A stretch of 64,000 nucleotides of DNA from Elsinoe ampelina (Eukaryota), in NCBI GenBank assembly GCA_010093995.1, contig ML992504.1, forward strand, positions 1,164,322 to 1,228,321, read 5' to 3'. Of the stretch, positions 1 through 9,973 are shown in pieces (position 1 is the first letter of the stretch; each line of letters opens with the position of its first letter). The translations under genes were made by a program, and so were the position numbers. A model generated the notes under the pieces. It ran no database searches and was not told where the DNA came from. It saw only the letters and a list, made by a program, of their open reading frames with translations.

Positions 1-448
1 CCCTTATATACAATTATAACCTAATAGTAATTTATAGAAGATTAACCTAATTAACATTATCTATATAACCCCTACGAGCCTATTTTATATACTTAGCTAG
101 TAAGCTATATACTACCTAGAACTAATACCTTATTATCTTATTATCTACTTTATCCGGAGGATATTCTATCCTTAGTAAGTTTACCCTTATATAAATTATA
201 AATCTTAACTAGTAAACCGGAGTACTAAAGCTATTAGGCAGAGTCTAAGACTAGAATAATTAGTTCTAGGTAGTTTAGTCTTCCTACTAACTTATAGTAC
301 AGTTGCGGATTGCCTTAATACTATTAGATTACTAGTTAATAGTAAGTGTAAGGCCGTCTAGGGCCTTAATCTCTACCTAAAGGTTGTTAATAAATTTATA
401 GTAAGTGATATTAGCCTAATAAATAATAGAGAGGCGAGTAGTAGACAT
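1..448 (-). pseudogene. Possible RIP-destroyed ORF of unknown product, running off the window edge
   Basis: ATG at 448 (MSTTRLS...); in-frame stops are TAG/TAA, explainable as RIP of CAG/CAA/TGG; no recognisable motif. Confidence 0.25.
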
Positions 449-584
449 AGTAGTAGATTTGCTTAAATTCTAGCAACTATTAGTATAAGTTATACTATAG
501 CGATGTAAAGGCATACTAGATAGTTATTTAAATATTCCTAAGGAGAGAAAGAAGTAACTTAGCTAATAATCTACTTATATCTCT

Positions 585-684
585 TAGTATAACAATAGCT
601 ATTATTTAACAATAGCTATTGTTAGTATTGTCGTTTTTTTATAATAGACAATAGCTATTATCTATATTGTCGTTCTTATAATAG
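585..684. repeat. Left TIR plus subterminal palindromic repeats (AACAATAGCTATTGTT type)
   Basis: Perfect 18-bp palindrome TAACAATAGCTATTGTTA at 607-624, degenerate copies at 591 and 647, and a duplicated TATTGTCGTT...TTATAATAG block. Confidence 0.75.
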
Positions 685-714
685 GTAACGCTAGATATAT
701 ATACCTTTTAGTTA

Positions 715-1790
715 CTATTTCTTCTTCTTCCTCTTAAACCTCTCTTTCTCGTCGTTCGATACCTCCTTCTATAATGCCTCCTTCTTACGCTTAACTCTAC
801 CCCGACCTAGTAGATCTAATCCCCTTTTAGCCTTATAAGATAACTCCTAGTAACTACGCTAGGCCCTTATACCTACGTTAGTATAAAGCCTATATCCGCT
901 ATATAACTCTTATATATCTTAACTTTAATAACAACTACAAAATCTAAGCCGAATATATCTATAATAACTATAGAGGTTCGGTACTTCGCTATAAAGCCTA
1001 CCGCACTTACGATACCTCTTACAACTTTATAGGTGTTTCTAATCTAATCTTTCTCTATAATCTAACGAATATTAGTATAATATCTTATAGACTAATAACA
1101 TCTTTAACCTAATTAACACATAGCGCGCTATTAATTGTCTTATTCTCGACAGAAGAGCAAATCCACTCTTACTCTTTACTATATACTATAATATTAAATA
1201 TAAGTAGGAGAAGTTAGATTATATCGACGATAGTGACAATAGTGTTTCTTCCGACAACTAATCTAATTAAGGTAGTATAGTCGAAGCGTCGGCAGGCTAA
1301 TAGCTTTAGATAGTTGTTAATAATATAGACTTACACTTTATAAAGACTTAATTACGTTACCTCTTTCCGTAAGTAACTAAAATTAACTATAATAACGGCG
1401 TATATAAGCTCTTAAAGTAGGAGTGTTTATATTACCTCTAGCTACACTAGTAGTTATATTACTACTCTAGGTAGCACTATTAGTACTAGCGGTAGAAGTA
1501 CCTCCCTCGTTATTCTCTTTACTATCGGTGTTATTCTAGAAAGTAACTTAACTATTATCGGGCTTAAACCTAGTAAGAAAGTCGGGAGTATAATAAGGTA
1601 GATATTAGTAATAGTATAGAGAGTAGCGTTAGTAATAAGTTAGCTAAGGTTGTAGGTACTATAGCGGGGGTAGTTATCGAGGTCAATAATAAGAGAAGTA
1701 GCGTAGAGATTAGTTATAGCTTTAGCCTTTACATTATAGTCGATCTATATAATTTCCTTATTAACGTTTTTATAAGCGGATCTAGCATAA
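715..1790 (-). pseudogene. RIPed Cys-rich ORF with basic C-terminus (separate gene or 3' extension of the transposase)
   Basis: De-RIP reading gives ...SCKR(C)RKCGRL...FCSC...GRGRVKR.KEAL.KEVSNDEKERF.RKKKK then a stop at 715-717; exon structure uncertain. Confidence 0.35.
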
Positions 1791-1971
1791 CTAACGTAGA
1801 TACAAATATAGTTATATTAAAGATACTAGCGAGTAAGGGAACGAGCTTCCTTAGGGTAGCTAACAAAGGAAGACTATTAGCATTAGTAGGTAGAATTATA
1901 TATAGTAATAGGGAAGGTACGCGTAGAAGTGCTTTAGAGTAGATATTAGTATAGATACTATAAGAGCGTTA

Positions 1972-4604
1972 TTACTCGGAGGCTATTAACTAGATATGCT
2001 TAGAATACTAGCCTCTAACCTTAGTAACGTTATACGGTAGATCTTTGTCCTTATTATACCTTTCTTCCTTATTAACCTCTTTATTGCTTAAACTATAAGT
2101 AGTAATATCTCTAAAGTTGTCGCTTATACTATCTATCCCGCTATTAGTATTATTATTAGCAGTAGTAAAATTGTCCGTCTTAGCCGATTAAATGTTTTAA
2201 AGATTATTTTCTACTAGCTTAGAGACTATAATTTATCGAATTGTCTACGGAAGTAGTCTATACCTTCGATTGCTAATAATATTCTTTACTATATTAAAAA
2301 CACATTTAACACCTACGCTAGTAATTAGTATTATAAGAATATTACGAGTAATATAAGCTAGTTGTAGAAATAAGTACTTATTTTCTTTCTACTAAGAAAG
2401 AATATTAAATTCTAATATTTCTTATATAGGCGAAGTTCTAAGGTAATTCTCCCCTTCTATCCTTATTATATAGATATTACTCTACCCTTACGAAAGTGTA
2501 TTATCTTAGCTAGATACTAGAGATATAAAGCTACTTTCTATATTTAACAAGGAAGGCTTCTTAAACTAGTAAGTAATAGACGAGGCTAGTAGAGGAGGTA
2601 GGAGAGTAGTTTAAGGAGGATAGTTATTATTATAGTAATCGAGGTAGTCGAGGAACTATTTATAGTAAAGTAAGATAAAATATAGTTCCTACGAAGTATA
2701 CTTATATATACTAAGTTTCTAAGTTAGATCTAAGATTATGTTGTAATTAAATAGGAAACCTTAACCTTTACTTATTTGCTTATAATACTTAGAAAGCTTA
2801 GTGTAACTAGCTTTCGCTATATTTTATATAACTAATAGCTAGTCTAAGTTGTCATTCTCTTTCTAAGTAGACTCGACTATATTAAGAAAGTCGAAAAGAG
2901 TATTATATATAAGCTATATATATTATACTAATAGCGTGTAAGACTAACTTAGCTAGTTAGTTATATCCTTAAAATTCTCTAGTATTTGAATAATAATCTT
3001 TAGATATACCTATTTAGTATAGCTAAGGTAAAGGCGTTTTATGTCTACGTAATTAATAGATACTATATTTTAATTAGCTAGCGCTTTGTTAGTTTAGGGC
3101 TTATATGTAATTATAATCTCTATATTAAGCTATTTGTCGATAATTAGTTAAAGTTTAATAGCTCGCTTATATATATTATACGTCGAGTTCTAATAGGTAT
3201 AAATGTCCTAAACGACTAAGAGTCGTTTATAAGGAGGTAGATACGCTTAAAGGGATTTAAAGTGTTAGTAGCGTTAAGGGGATTAGTTAATTATAATATA
3301 AATCGTATAGAGCTTTAAAATTAGTTAAAAAACTATAAGAAAGAACTATAAGAAATATAACTTACTTTATAGAGGGAATTCGGAACTAATAGAGTTATTT
3401 AAATATTATAGAGATGCTACTTCTTAAGCTTATTAGCTTTCTTATCGTCCTCGGTAGTTTCTAGCTATAGGGCTTAAATAATATCTTATACGACAAGATT
3501 AATTACGTAGGCTAGATATAGAATTACATTCTCGATAGAGAACTAGTATATACTCTTCTTCTTAAGACCTTGTTATACTTTAGATCGTAGAGTATTATTG
3601 TTACTTATATTGTCCGCTATAATAGTAAGAAGATATATATTAATCTTTTTTTCATTTAGAACCCTTAGTAGTTCTATACTAAGCGCAACTCTAGTATGCC
3701 GTCTACTAATTAGTATAAAATCTAGTAGGCACTTACGTACTTACTAGTTGTTATTAATATAGTATACCTTTATAGCTATAAAACTTAGATAGTTATTCGT
3801 AGACTAGCTATCTAGCACAATTAAAACTTTCGTCTAACTACTAAGATTAGTAAGAAGATTAGACTAAATGTCCTTATAGTGCTCTTTTAATAGCCCTAAG
3901 GCCCGCGTTTAACCTAGAATATTAGTATATAGCTAGAGGAAATATATAAATTAGAGAAAGGAGAAATTATTAACTGTTTAGAATAACTAATTACAATTAA
4001 TAAGGACCTTAATAAGCTCTTTTTTAAATTGTTCTAGAGAGAATTACAGTATATAGAATATAGTACTAGTAGCGTTCACTTTTAATTACGTTAGAGCTAT
4101 CTAAGCTACTAATTATTTATAGCTAGAAGATTTTATATTCTAGTAGCTTTAGTGTCTAAGATGTTTTATTAGGTGTTTATTACTAATTAAGTTCGTTATT
4201 AGGTGTTATAAAGCTCTACTATAGTAGAGATAATACATAAGAGGTATTCTATTAGCGAGCTTAGTACCTTTATTAAAGTTGGCCTAAATAACTCTACGGC
4301 AGGTTATAGAATTCTAGTTTAGTAGGTTTCGTGTTCTACTAACCCTTAATTCGCTACCTATTAATGTTATAGGCTACTATGTTTTTTAGGCTTATATAGC
4401 TAGCTATTCTTCGAGTAGTATATCTAGTTAGTAGAGTAGATAGCTAACAATTTTAATAGTTTTATAGAATCGAGTAGAGGATAGATTATCCTAGCAATTA
4501 ATACGGAACTCTTTAAGCTCGTAGGAGAGAGGTAGTAGTAGCGCAACAACTTCTAAGAGTATCTATAGTTAAGGATTAACTAAGTCTTTATTAAACACTA
4601 ACAT
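1972..4604 (-). pseudogene. hAT transposase (RIP-inactivated)
   Basis: De-RIPed motifs in order: KV.I.LD.WST.NHLSF.AI (catalytic D, ~3810); I.ADN.SNN (second D, ~3610); IPCLAHVINLVVQ (CxxH, ~3510); DI.T.WNST (~3190); ILSWWKEN..LFPQLA.IARDIL.IPI.SVGVE.VF (dimerisation domain and catalytic E, ~2220-2420). GT-AG intron 3365-3313; ATG at 4604; 3' end approximate. Confidence 0.92.
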
Positions 4605-4778
4605 TTTAAGAGTAGAGATATAGAATATTACTAGCTATATAACAAGGAGTAGAAGACTATAAGAATGCTCTATAAGAATCTATTAGCTACTCTTAATTTA
4701 TAGATTAAAAAATTTTTAATAGTATAGAACTAGAAAGCTACTAAAACTATAGTCTAATTTTCCTAACTTAAGGTTAAT

Positions 4779-6050
4779 CTATTTATTCTTATCTATGTCG
4801 TTCTTACTCTTACTCTCCTTATTATTATTATTACTCTTATCTATTGCCTTATTATTATCTTTATCTTAATTCTCTTTATTAGAATTGTTAAAGTCTCTAG
4901 TAGTAACTATCTCGCGGTATATTTTAGCTACTTCCTTAGTCTTATACTTGTTAGGTTCCTTATTAAGGAGGTTCTTAATCTTAGAGTCGTTCTCGACTTC
5001 TTCTTTAACCTTATTATTACTATACTTAACGTAGTAATTGTTAGATTTAAGTAAAATATTATTATTCTTGTACTTAAATTCTAGTTTAGAGGTAGGTTTA
5101 CATTTACTTCGATAGATTAGTATATAACTATAAGAAACAACTATAAGAAATAATATATACCTAATTATCTACCTATACTACTTAGAGTTTAGTAGGTGTT
5201 ATATTCTTAATAAACTTCTTAAACTTAGCTTAGTTACTATTGTTATAGTTACTAGTATTATATAGTAAGTTAACGCTATTATAGTAGATCTTATAGGTCT
5301 ATTTCTTAAGAATTCCGCTAGTGCCGAGAAGATGTTTTACTTAGCAATTCAAGAATATATTTATCTCGTTATAAAGCGCCTTCTTTATATAATTAGCAAG
5401 GAGTTACTTATAGTAAAGAAGAGTATTAGCTTTATAGATACTACTTTATTTTTAGTAGATAGATATAAACTTATTCTCTAACTATTCCCCTATATAGAAT
5501 TAGTAGATATACTATAAGAATATACTATAAGAAATATACTACTCTACTAGGTATAATAGTAAGTCTCCGCTATCTTCTTATATACTATATTAAAGGTAGC
5601 TTCTTTCTCTTTATTAGATATTACTTAGAATTCCTTAGAGTTCTTAAGTTTTGCCTTAAGTATACGTTTTATAGAGTAATTAGTATTACTAGTAGTAGTA
5701 AGAGCTTTCTCCTCTATACTAGCTTATATAGCGTAATCTCTTTACTAAATAGCTCGCTAGGTATTACTAAGCTATGCTTTCTACTATAGAATTCTAAGGG
5801 GGCAGCTATAGCGAGGAGTTCTAGTATTCTAAGAGTAATTTTTAATCTAGTATTTAATCTTATCGGCCTCGGAATTAAAACTCTATAGTCTAGTTAGTAT
5901 TTAACTATAAGAAGCATCTATAAGAATTACTTCTATTATAGCAAGAATTGCTTTCTCTTTCTCAGTTATTTCTTTAGTCTTAATTACTAGAGCATCGGTT
6001 ATCTCTTTCTCTTTACTAAAGGTTTACTAATCTATAGAATTAGTAGACAT
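4779..6050 (-). pseudogene. RIPed multi-exon ORF of unknown function with a long Asp/Glu-rich C-terminal tail
   Basis: ATG at 6050 (MSTNS...KEKE); three GT..CTAA..AG introns (~5930-5883, ~5540-5490, ~5160-5108); de-RIPed tail EDDDEAMDESDDDDEESESENDMDENE then a stop at 4779-4781. Confidence 0.6.
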
Positions 6051-6207
6051 TATAGATCGAGAATTAGTAGTAATTTGTAAGAGAAGGTAGAATATTAAGT
6101 ATAATAGGGAGCGAGATATAAGATATAAGTTTTATAAGAAGAAGATAAAGAGAGAAGAATTTAGTATTTCTTATATATATAGTAAATAGAGTAGCTAGAA
6201 ATACAAG

Positions 6208-6239
6208 TAACAATAGGTATTAATCCTATTGTTATACTA
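6208..6239. repeat. Right TIR with internal inverted repeat
   Basis: TAACAATAGG-N7-CCTATTGTTA inverted repeat overlapping the TIR CTATTGTTATACTA. Confidence 0.75.
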
Positions 6240-6426
6240 ATATAAAGTTATTAATATTGTTAATATAAAGTTGTTATAGTAGAGAATAATAATACGAAAT
6301 TTACATTCTATATACTATTATAAATTCCTTAATAAGGCTTAATATCTCGCTCTTAGTATTTTCGCCTTACTCTTCTTTACCTTTATAAACAAATTTTAAT
6401 AATCAATTTAATAAATTTACGTAGCT

Positions 6427-7008
6427 ATAGCTCGTAAGAAGCAAGTAATACCTCTAAAAAGAGCAAAGCTAAGGAAGTAAGGCACTAAGAAAACTACTAC
6501 TAAAAAGCCTACTATAGGTAGTTACGTAACAAAATTTAGACTAGTATTAACTAGACAAATTCGCTAGGCGAAGAGCTATAGGTTTAAGCTAGGTAGTTAG
6601 TTTCTTATAGTAAATTCTTATAGTCTTATATCTAATATAGTATAGCTATTACTCTCCGAGAGATTCGTTACTACTAGAAGATAACTAAACTTCTTATATA
6701 TAAGCTTCTCTTCTTCTACGTTATTCGCGACATTATATAAAATGTTAAGTTAACGCTTATAAGTAGAGATTTACGCTTTACGCTAGATGCTATTAAGTAT
6801 CTCTAGGAAGCGAGTAAGGTAATACTAGTAGAATATTTCGAAGGTATATTAACTATGTATTTAGAATATATAATACCTTATACTAATAACTATAGTAGAC
6901 TATAATCTTAACGCTATCTATGCTAAGCGTTGTACTATTATATAGAAAGACTCTTAGCTTACTAGGAAATATTACAATAAGTACTACCTACTTACTTTCT
7001 CTAATTAG
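6427..7008 (+). pseudogene. Histone H3-like gene (H3L), RIP-inactivated, two introns
   Basis: De-RIPed: MARKKQ...KPRKQ...HRFKPG | TVALREIR.YQK.TELLI.KLPF..V.RDI...DLRFT.DAI..LQEASE..LVEYFE | D.NLNAIHAKRCTI.QKDSQLARK; introns 6596-6645 and 6844-6898; start codon reads ATA (ATG after RIP). Confidence 0.93.
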
Positions 7009-7119
7009 TAAGACCTCTCCTCTATAATACTATAAGAATAGACTATAAGAAATAAGTAGGTGTATTTTTATATAGACTAGACTATTAAATTTCCTTTCTA
7101 TAGACTTATTATAATACTA

Positions 7120-7385
7120 AAGTATAGTATAGTAACTGTAGTCGCCTTAAAGCCTAACTAAGGCGTAGTACTATAACGTAGTATAATACTAGGATTTAAC
7201 TCTAGTGCTAATTTGGTATAGTGCTATTATAGTATAGTATAGCGCTATTATAGTACAGTGCTATTCTTGCTTAACTACGGTGTAGTGCTAGTGCTAGTAT
7301 AGCTTAGCGCAGTACTAGTACTAGTACTAATATAGTAGAGTACAGAGCTAGTACTATTTAGTTTAGCACTAGGTGCCAACCTACT
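7120..7385. repeat. Array of degenerate palindromic octamers (YAGYRCTR), ending in a possible TIR GTGCCAACCTA
   Basis: About a dozen TAGTGCTA/TAGTACTA/TAGCGCTA/CAGTGCTA/TAGCACTA units; copia coding sequence begins right after. No partner TIR found in the window. Confidence 0.55.
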
Positions 7386-9718
7386 AAGAACAGCTCTATA
7401 CTAGTACTAGAGTCGGCCTTTAGCCGCCCTAACTCCGCCCTAACGGTTATACTACTCTATTATACTAGATTAGTTACTACCTCTATTAGACTAATTAGAT
7501 AAGGCTATTCTAGATCTAAACCCGGCTTAGATCTAGGAATCTTTACTAAATAAATAGTTCTTTAATACTCTAGCCTTACTACTATCTATAGTAGTATAGC
7601 TATCTCCTCTACTAATAGGAGGAGATAAAGCTAAAGGAGATAAGATAGAAGTTTAGACTAAAGGGGTAGTTAAAGCTTAGCCTAAGTAACCCCCTTAAAG
7701 AATTACTATAAGGTTAGCTAACCTTCTTCCTAAGTATATTCTTACTATAAGAAGAATAAGAAAGCTAAGAAGATAAGTATATATTACTACTCTTATATAG
7801 CCTAATAAAGTACCTAGATATTATTAAGCTTTTAATACTTATCTATTAATGTAGCTAACTTAGTATAAGCTAGAATTAAGAGACAATCTCTCTCTACTAC
7901 TAGCTAATATTAAAGAGCTTAAGGCTTATTCTTATAAGAAGTAATTTTAAGAAGCTATAAAGGCTAAATTGCTTACTTTATACTCTAAACATATATAGAC
8001 TATTATACTAGCTACTTAAGCAAGTAGTAAGCCTATTCCTTTAATATAGGTATTTACCTATAAGGTTAATAATAAAGGAGAAGTTATAAAGTATAAAGTA
8101 AAGGTTTATATAAGAGGTAATCTATAATTAATAGAGTTAGAGACTTATATAGTAACTCTAGTAGCTAAGATCTTTAGAATGCTTATAGCTCTACTTACTT
8201 ATAAAGATATAAAGGCTATCTAGATAGATGTTATTAATGCCTATATTAATAGCTCTATTAATAAGATTATCTACTATACTATTCCTTCTAGATTTAAGTT
8301 AGTTATAGAGGAGCTTATAAAGGACTACTCTAGTATTACTCTATTAGATGTAATTCTGTTACTTAATAAGGCACTATATAGCCTAAAGTAAGTCCTAGCT
8401 CTCTAGTATACTAAATTTACTACTACTCTAAAGAGTATTAGATTTACTTAAGCCCCTAAGGCTCTATACCTCTAGATAATACTTAAAGTAATAATCTTCT
8501 TCTTTATAGATAACATTACTATTATATATCTTAAGAAGCATAAGGAGAAAGCTAATACTATTATTATAGCTCTCTATACTAAATATAAGATAAAGGTACT
8601 TAGAGATCTAAGCTAGTTTCTAGCTATCTAAGTTATAAGAGATAGACTAATAAAGAGACTCTAGCTTAGTTAAGCCTAATATATATAATAGATATATAGC
8701 AAGTTTATTATAGAGCTAACAAGGCTAGTATTAATACTACTACTAATAGAGATACTCTAGCCTTATAAGAGCTAAGTATTACTATAAGAGATCTACCTAT
8801 ATTAGTAGAAGGTTAAATCTATTAACTTTGTAGTAGTTATTACTAGGCCTAATATTACCTTTGCTACTTCTAGATTATTAAAGCATTTAACAAATCCATT
8901 ACTAACTTACTAGAGGCTAGTAAATAAAGTAATTTAGTATCTCTATAAAACTAGAGATATAGCTCTTACCTTTAATAGCTTAATACTACCTCTAATCTTC
9001 TAAGCCTTATTAGATACTAGCTTTAGTAGTTACTCTTTAAGGAAGAGCCTTTAAGGCTATCTATTTAAGATGTTCTAAGGCTTAATTAACTAGAAGGCTA
9101 CTAAGTAGCTAATAGTTATAACCTTAAGTATAGAAGCAAAATTACTTACTCTTATAGAAACTACTAAGTAAGCTATATAGTAGAGGAGGCTAATAGCCTC
9201 TATCTATCCCCTTAAGCATATTAGTATTTAGTATAACAATTAGTAAACAATTAGCCTTATTACTACTCTAATTAAGAAGCTTAATATATATCTTTATTAT
9301 ATTAATATCTATTATTACTAGCTAAGACAAGAGATTAATCTAGCTAGAGATCTATCTAGCTCTATCTTAGTAATATAGACACTATTAGTAGACACCTTAG
9401 CTAATAGATTAACTAAGTTATTACTACCTAGAAGATATAAGGCCTTCATATAATAGCTATCCCTCAAGTTAGTAGTCTACTAACTAGCTATAATAGCCTT
9501 ACAGCTATTTAGTAAAGAGGTATATTAACCAAGATATAAGCTAGAGCACTAAGAAGGACCCTAATTTAGTTTATCCCCTAGTAGAACTAAACACTTATCT
9601 ACTACTCTACTAATTTATAATTAAATTAGATAGTTATTATCTTAATCTGTTACTATTAAGGAGTTCTTTTGATTTAGCTATCTTTTAGTATACTAGGTTA
9701 AGTATTTATGTAGTTACA
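7386..9718 (+). mobile_element. Ty1/copia LTR retrotransposon, 5'-truncated and RIPed (linker + RT + RNase H + 3' LTR)
   Basis: De-RIPed: WVFTYK....GEVIKYK.KV..RG.L (~8050); Q.DVINAYINS (~8220); NKALY.LKQ.PALWY (~8365); FFF.DDI (~8500); DASF...LFKMF.G.IDWKATKQ..V.T.STEAELL (~9010-9150); HIDI..HWLRQE; ADGLTK (~9400). No gag/protease/integrase. Confidence 0.92.
9523..9718 (+). repeat. Putative 3' LTR of the copia element
   Basis: Follows a purine tract AGTAAAGAGG (PPT-like, 9511-9520); begins TATTAAC (TGTTAAC before RIP) and ends GTTACA at the AT/GC boundary. Confidence 0.55.
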
Positions 9719-9973
9719 ATCTACCTCATTTTGGTGGTTTAGGCAGTAATCAATCCTTTTTCCTCCCCCACACAAGTCAACACGAACGCGCAGTCACGTG
9801 TATGCTTCACTGTAATTCTTGGCTTCGCTCCCCATCGACCTCCACCTGCCTCGCAACACGGTCCTCATGGAGCCAAGTAGATCTACGGCAATGCCATTAC
9901 AACATCGCCAATAACTCGAAGCGAGTCTCCATCCTCGCTGCAGCGCATCGTGTACGACCAAGAAGCAGCAGCA

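Larger units (their letters stand above)
585..6239 (-). mobile_element. hAT-superfamily DNA transposon unit (RIPed), bounded by 14-bp TIRs, carrying a transposase plus two extra ORFs
   Basis: TAGTATAACAATAG at 585-598 and its exact reverse complement CTATTGTTATACTA at 6226-6239; internal AACAATAG palindromes near both ends; hAT transposase motifs inside. The 8-bp flanks (ATATCTCT / ATATAAAG) match only 4 of 8. Confidence 0.8.
1..9720. repeat. AT-rich, RIP-mutated transposon block (heterochromatin-like isochore)
   Basis: Strong TpA excess with CpA/TpG depletion, no ORFs in the track, many TAA/TAG stops at positions where Gln/Trp are expected; abrupt switch to ~50% GC at ~9720. Confidence 0.95.

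Noticed and set aside
6427..7008. H3L as the host's canonical H3 or CenH3 gene
   Set aside because: It contains RIP stops, is highly diverged, lacks an H4 partner and sits in transposon DNA.
3333..7051. CRISPR-like interpretation of the repeated motifs
   Set aside because: Eukaryotic context, no regular repeat-spacer array and no cas genes.
7746..7756. Single CTATAAGAA inside the copia remnant
   Set aside because: A monomer without the 13-bp-spaced partner; expected by chance in RIPed DNA.
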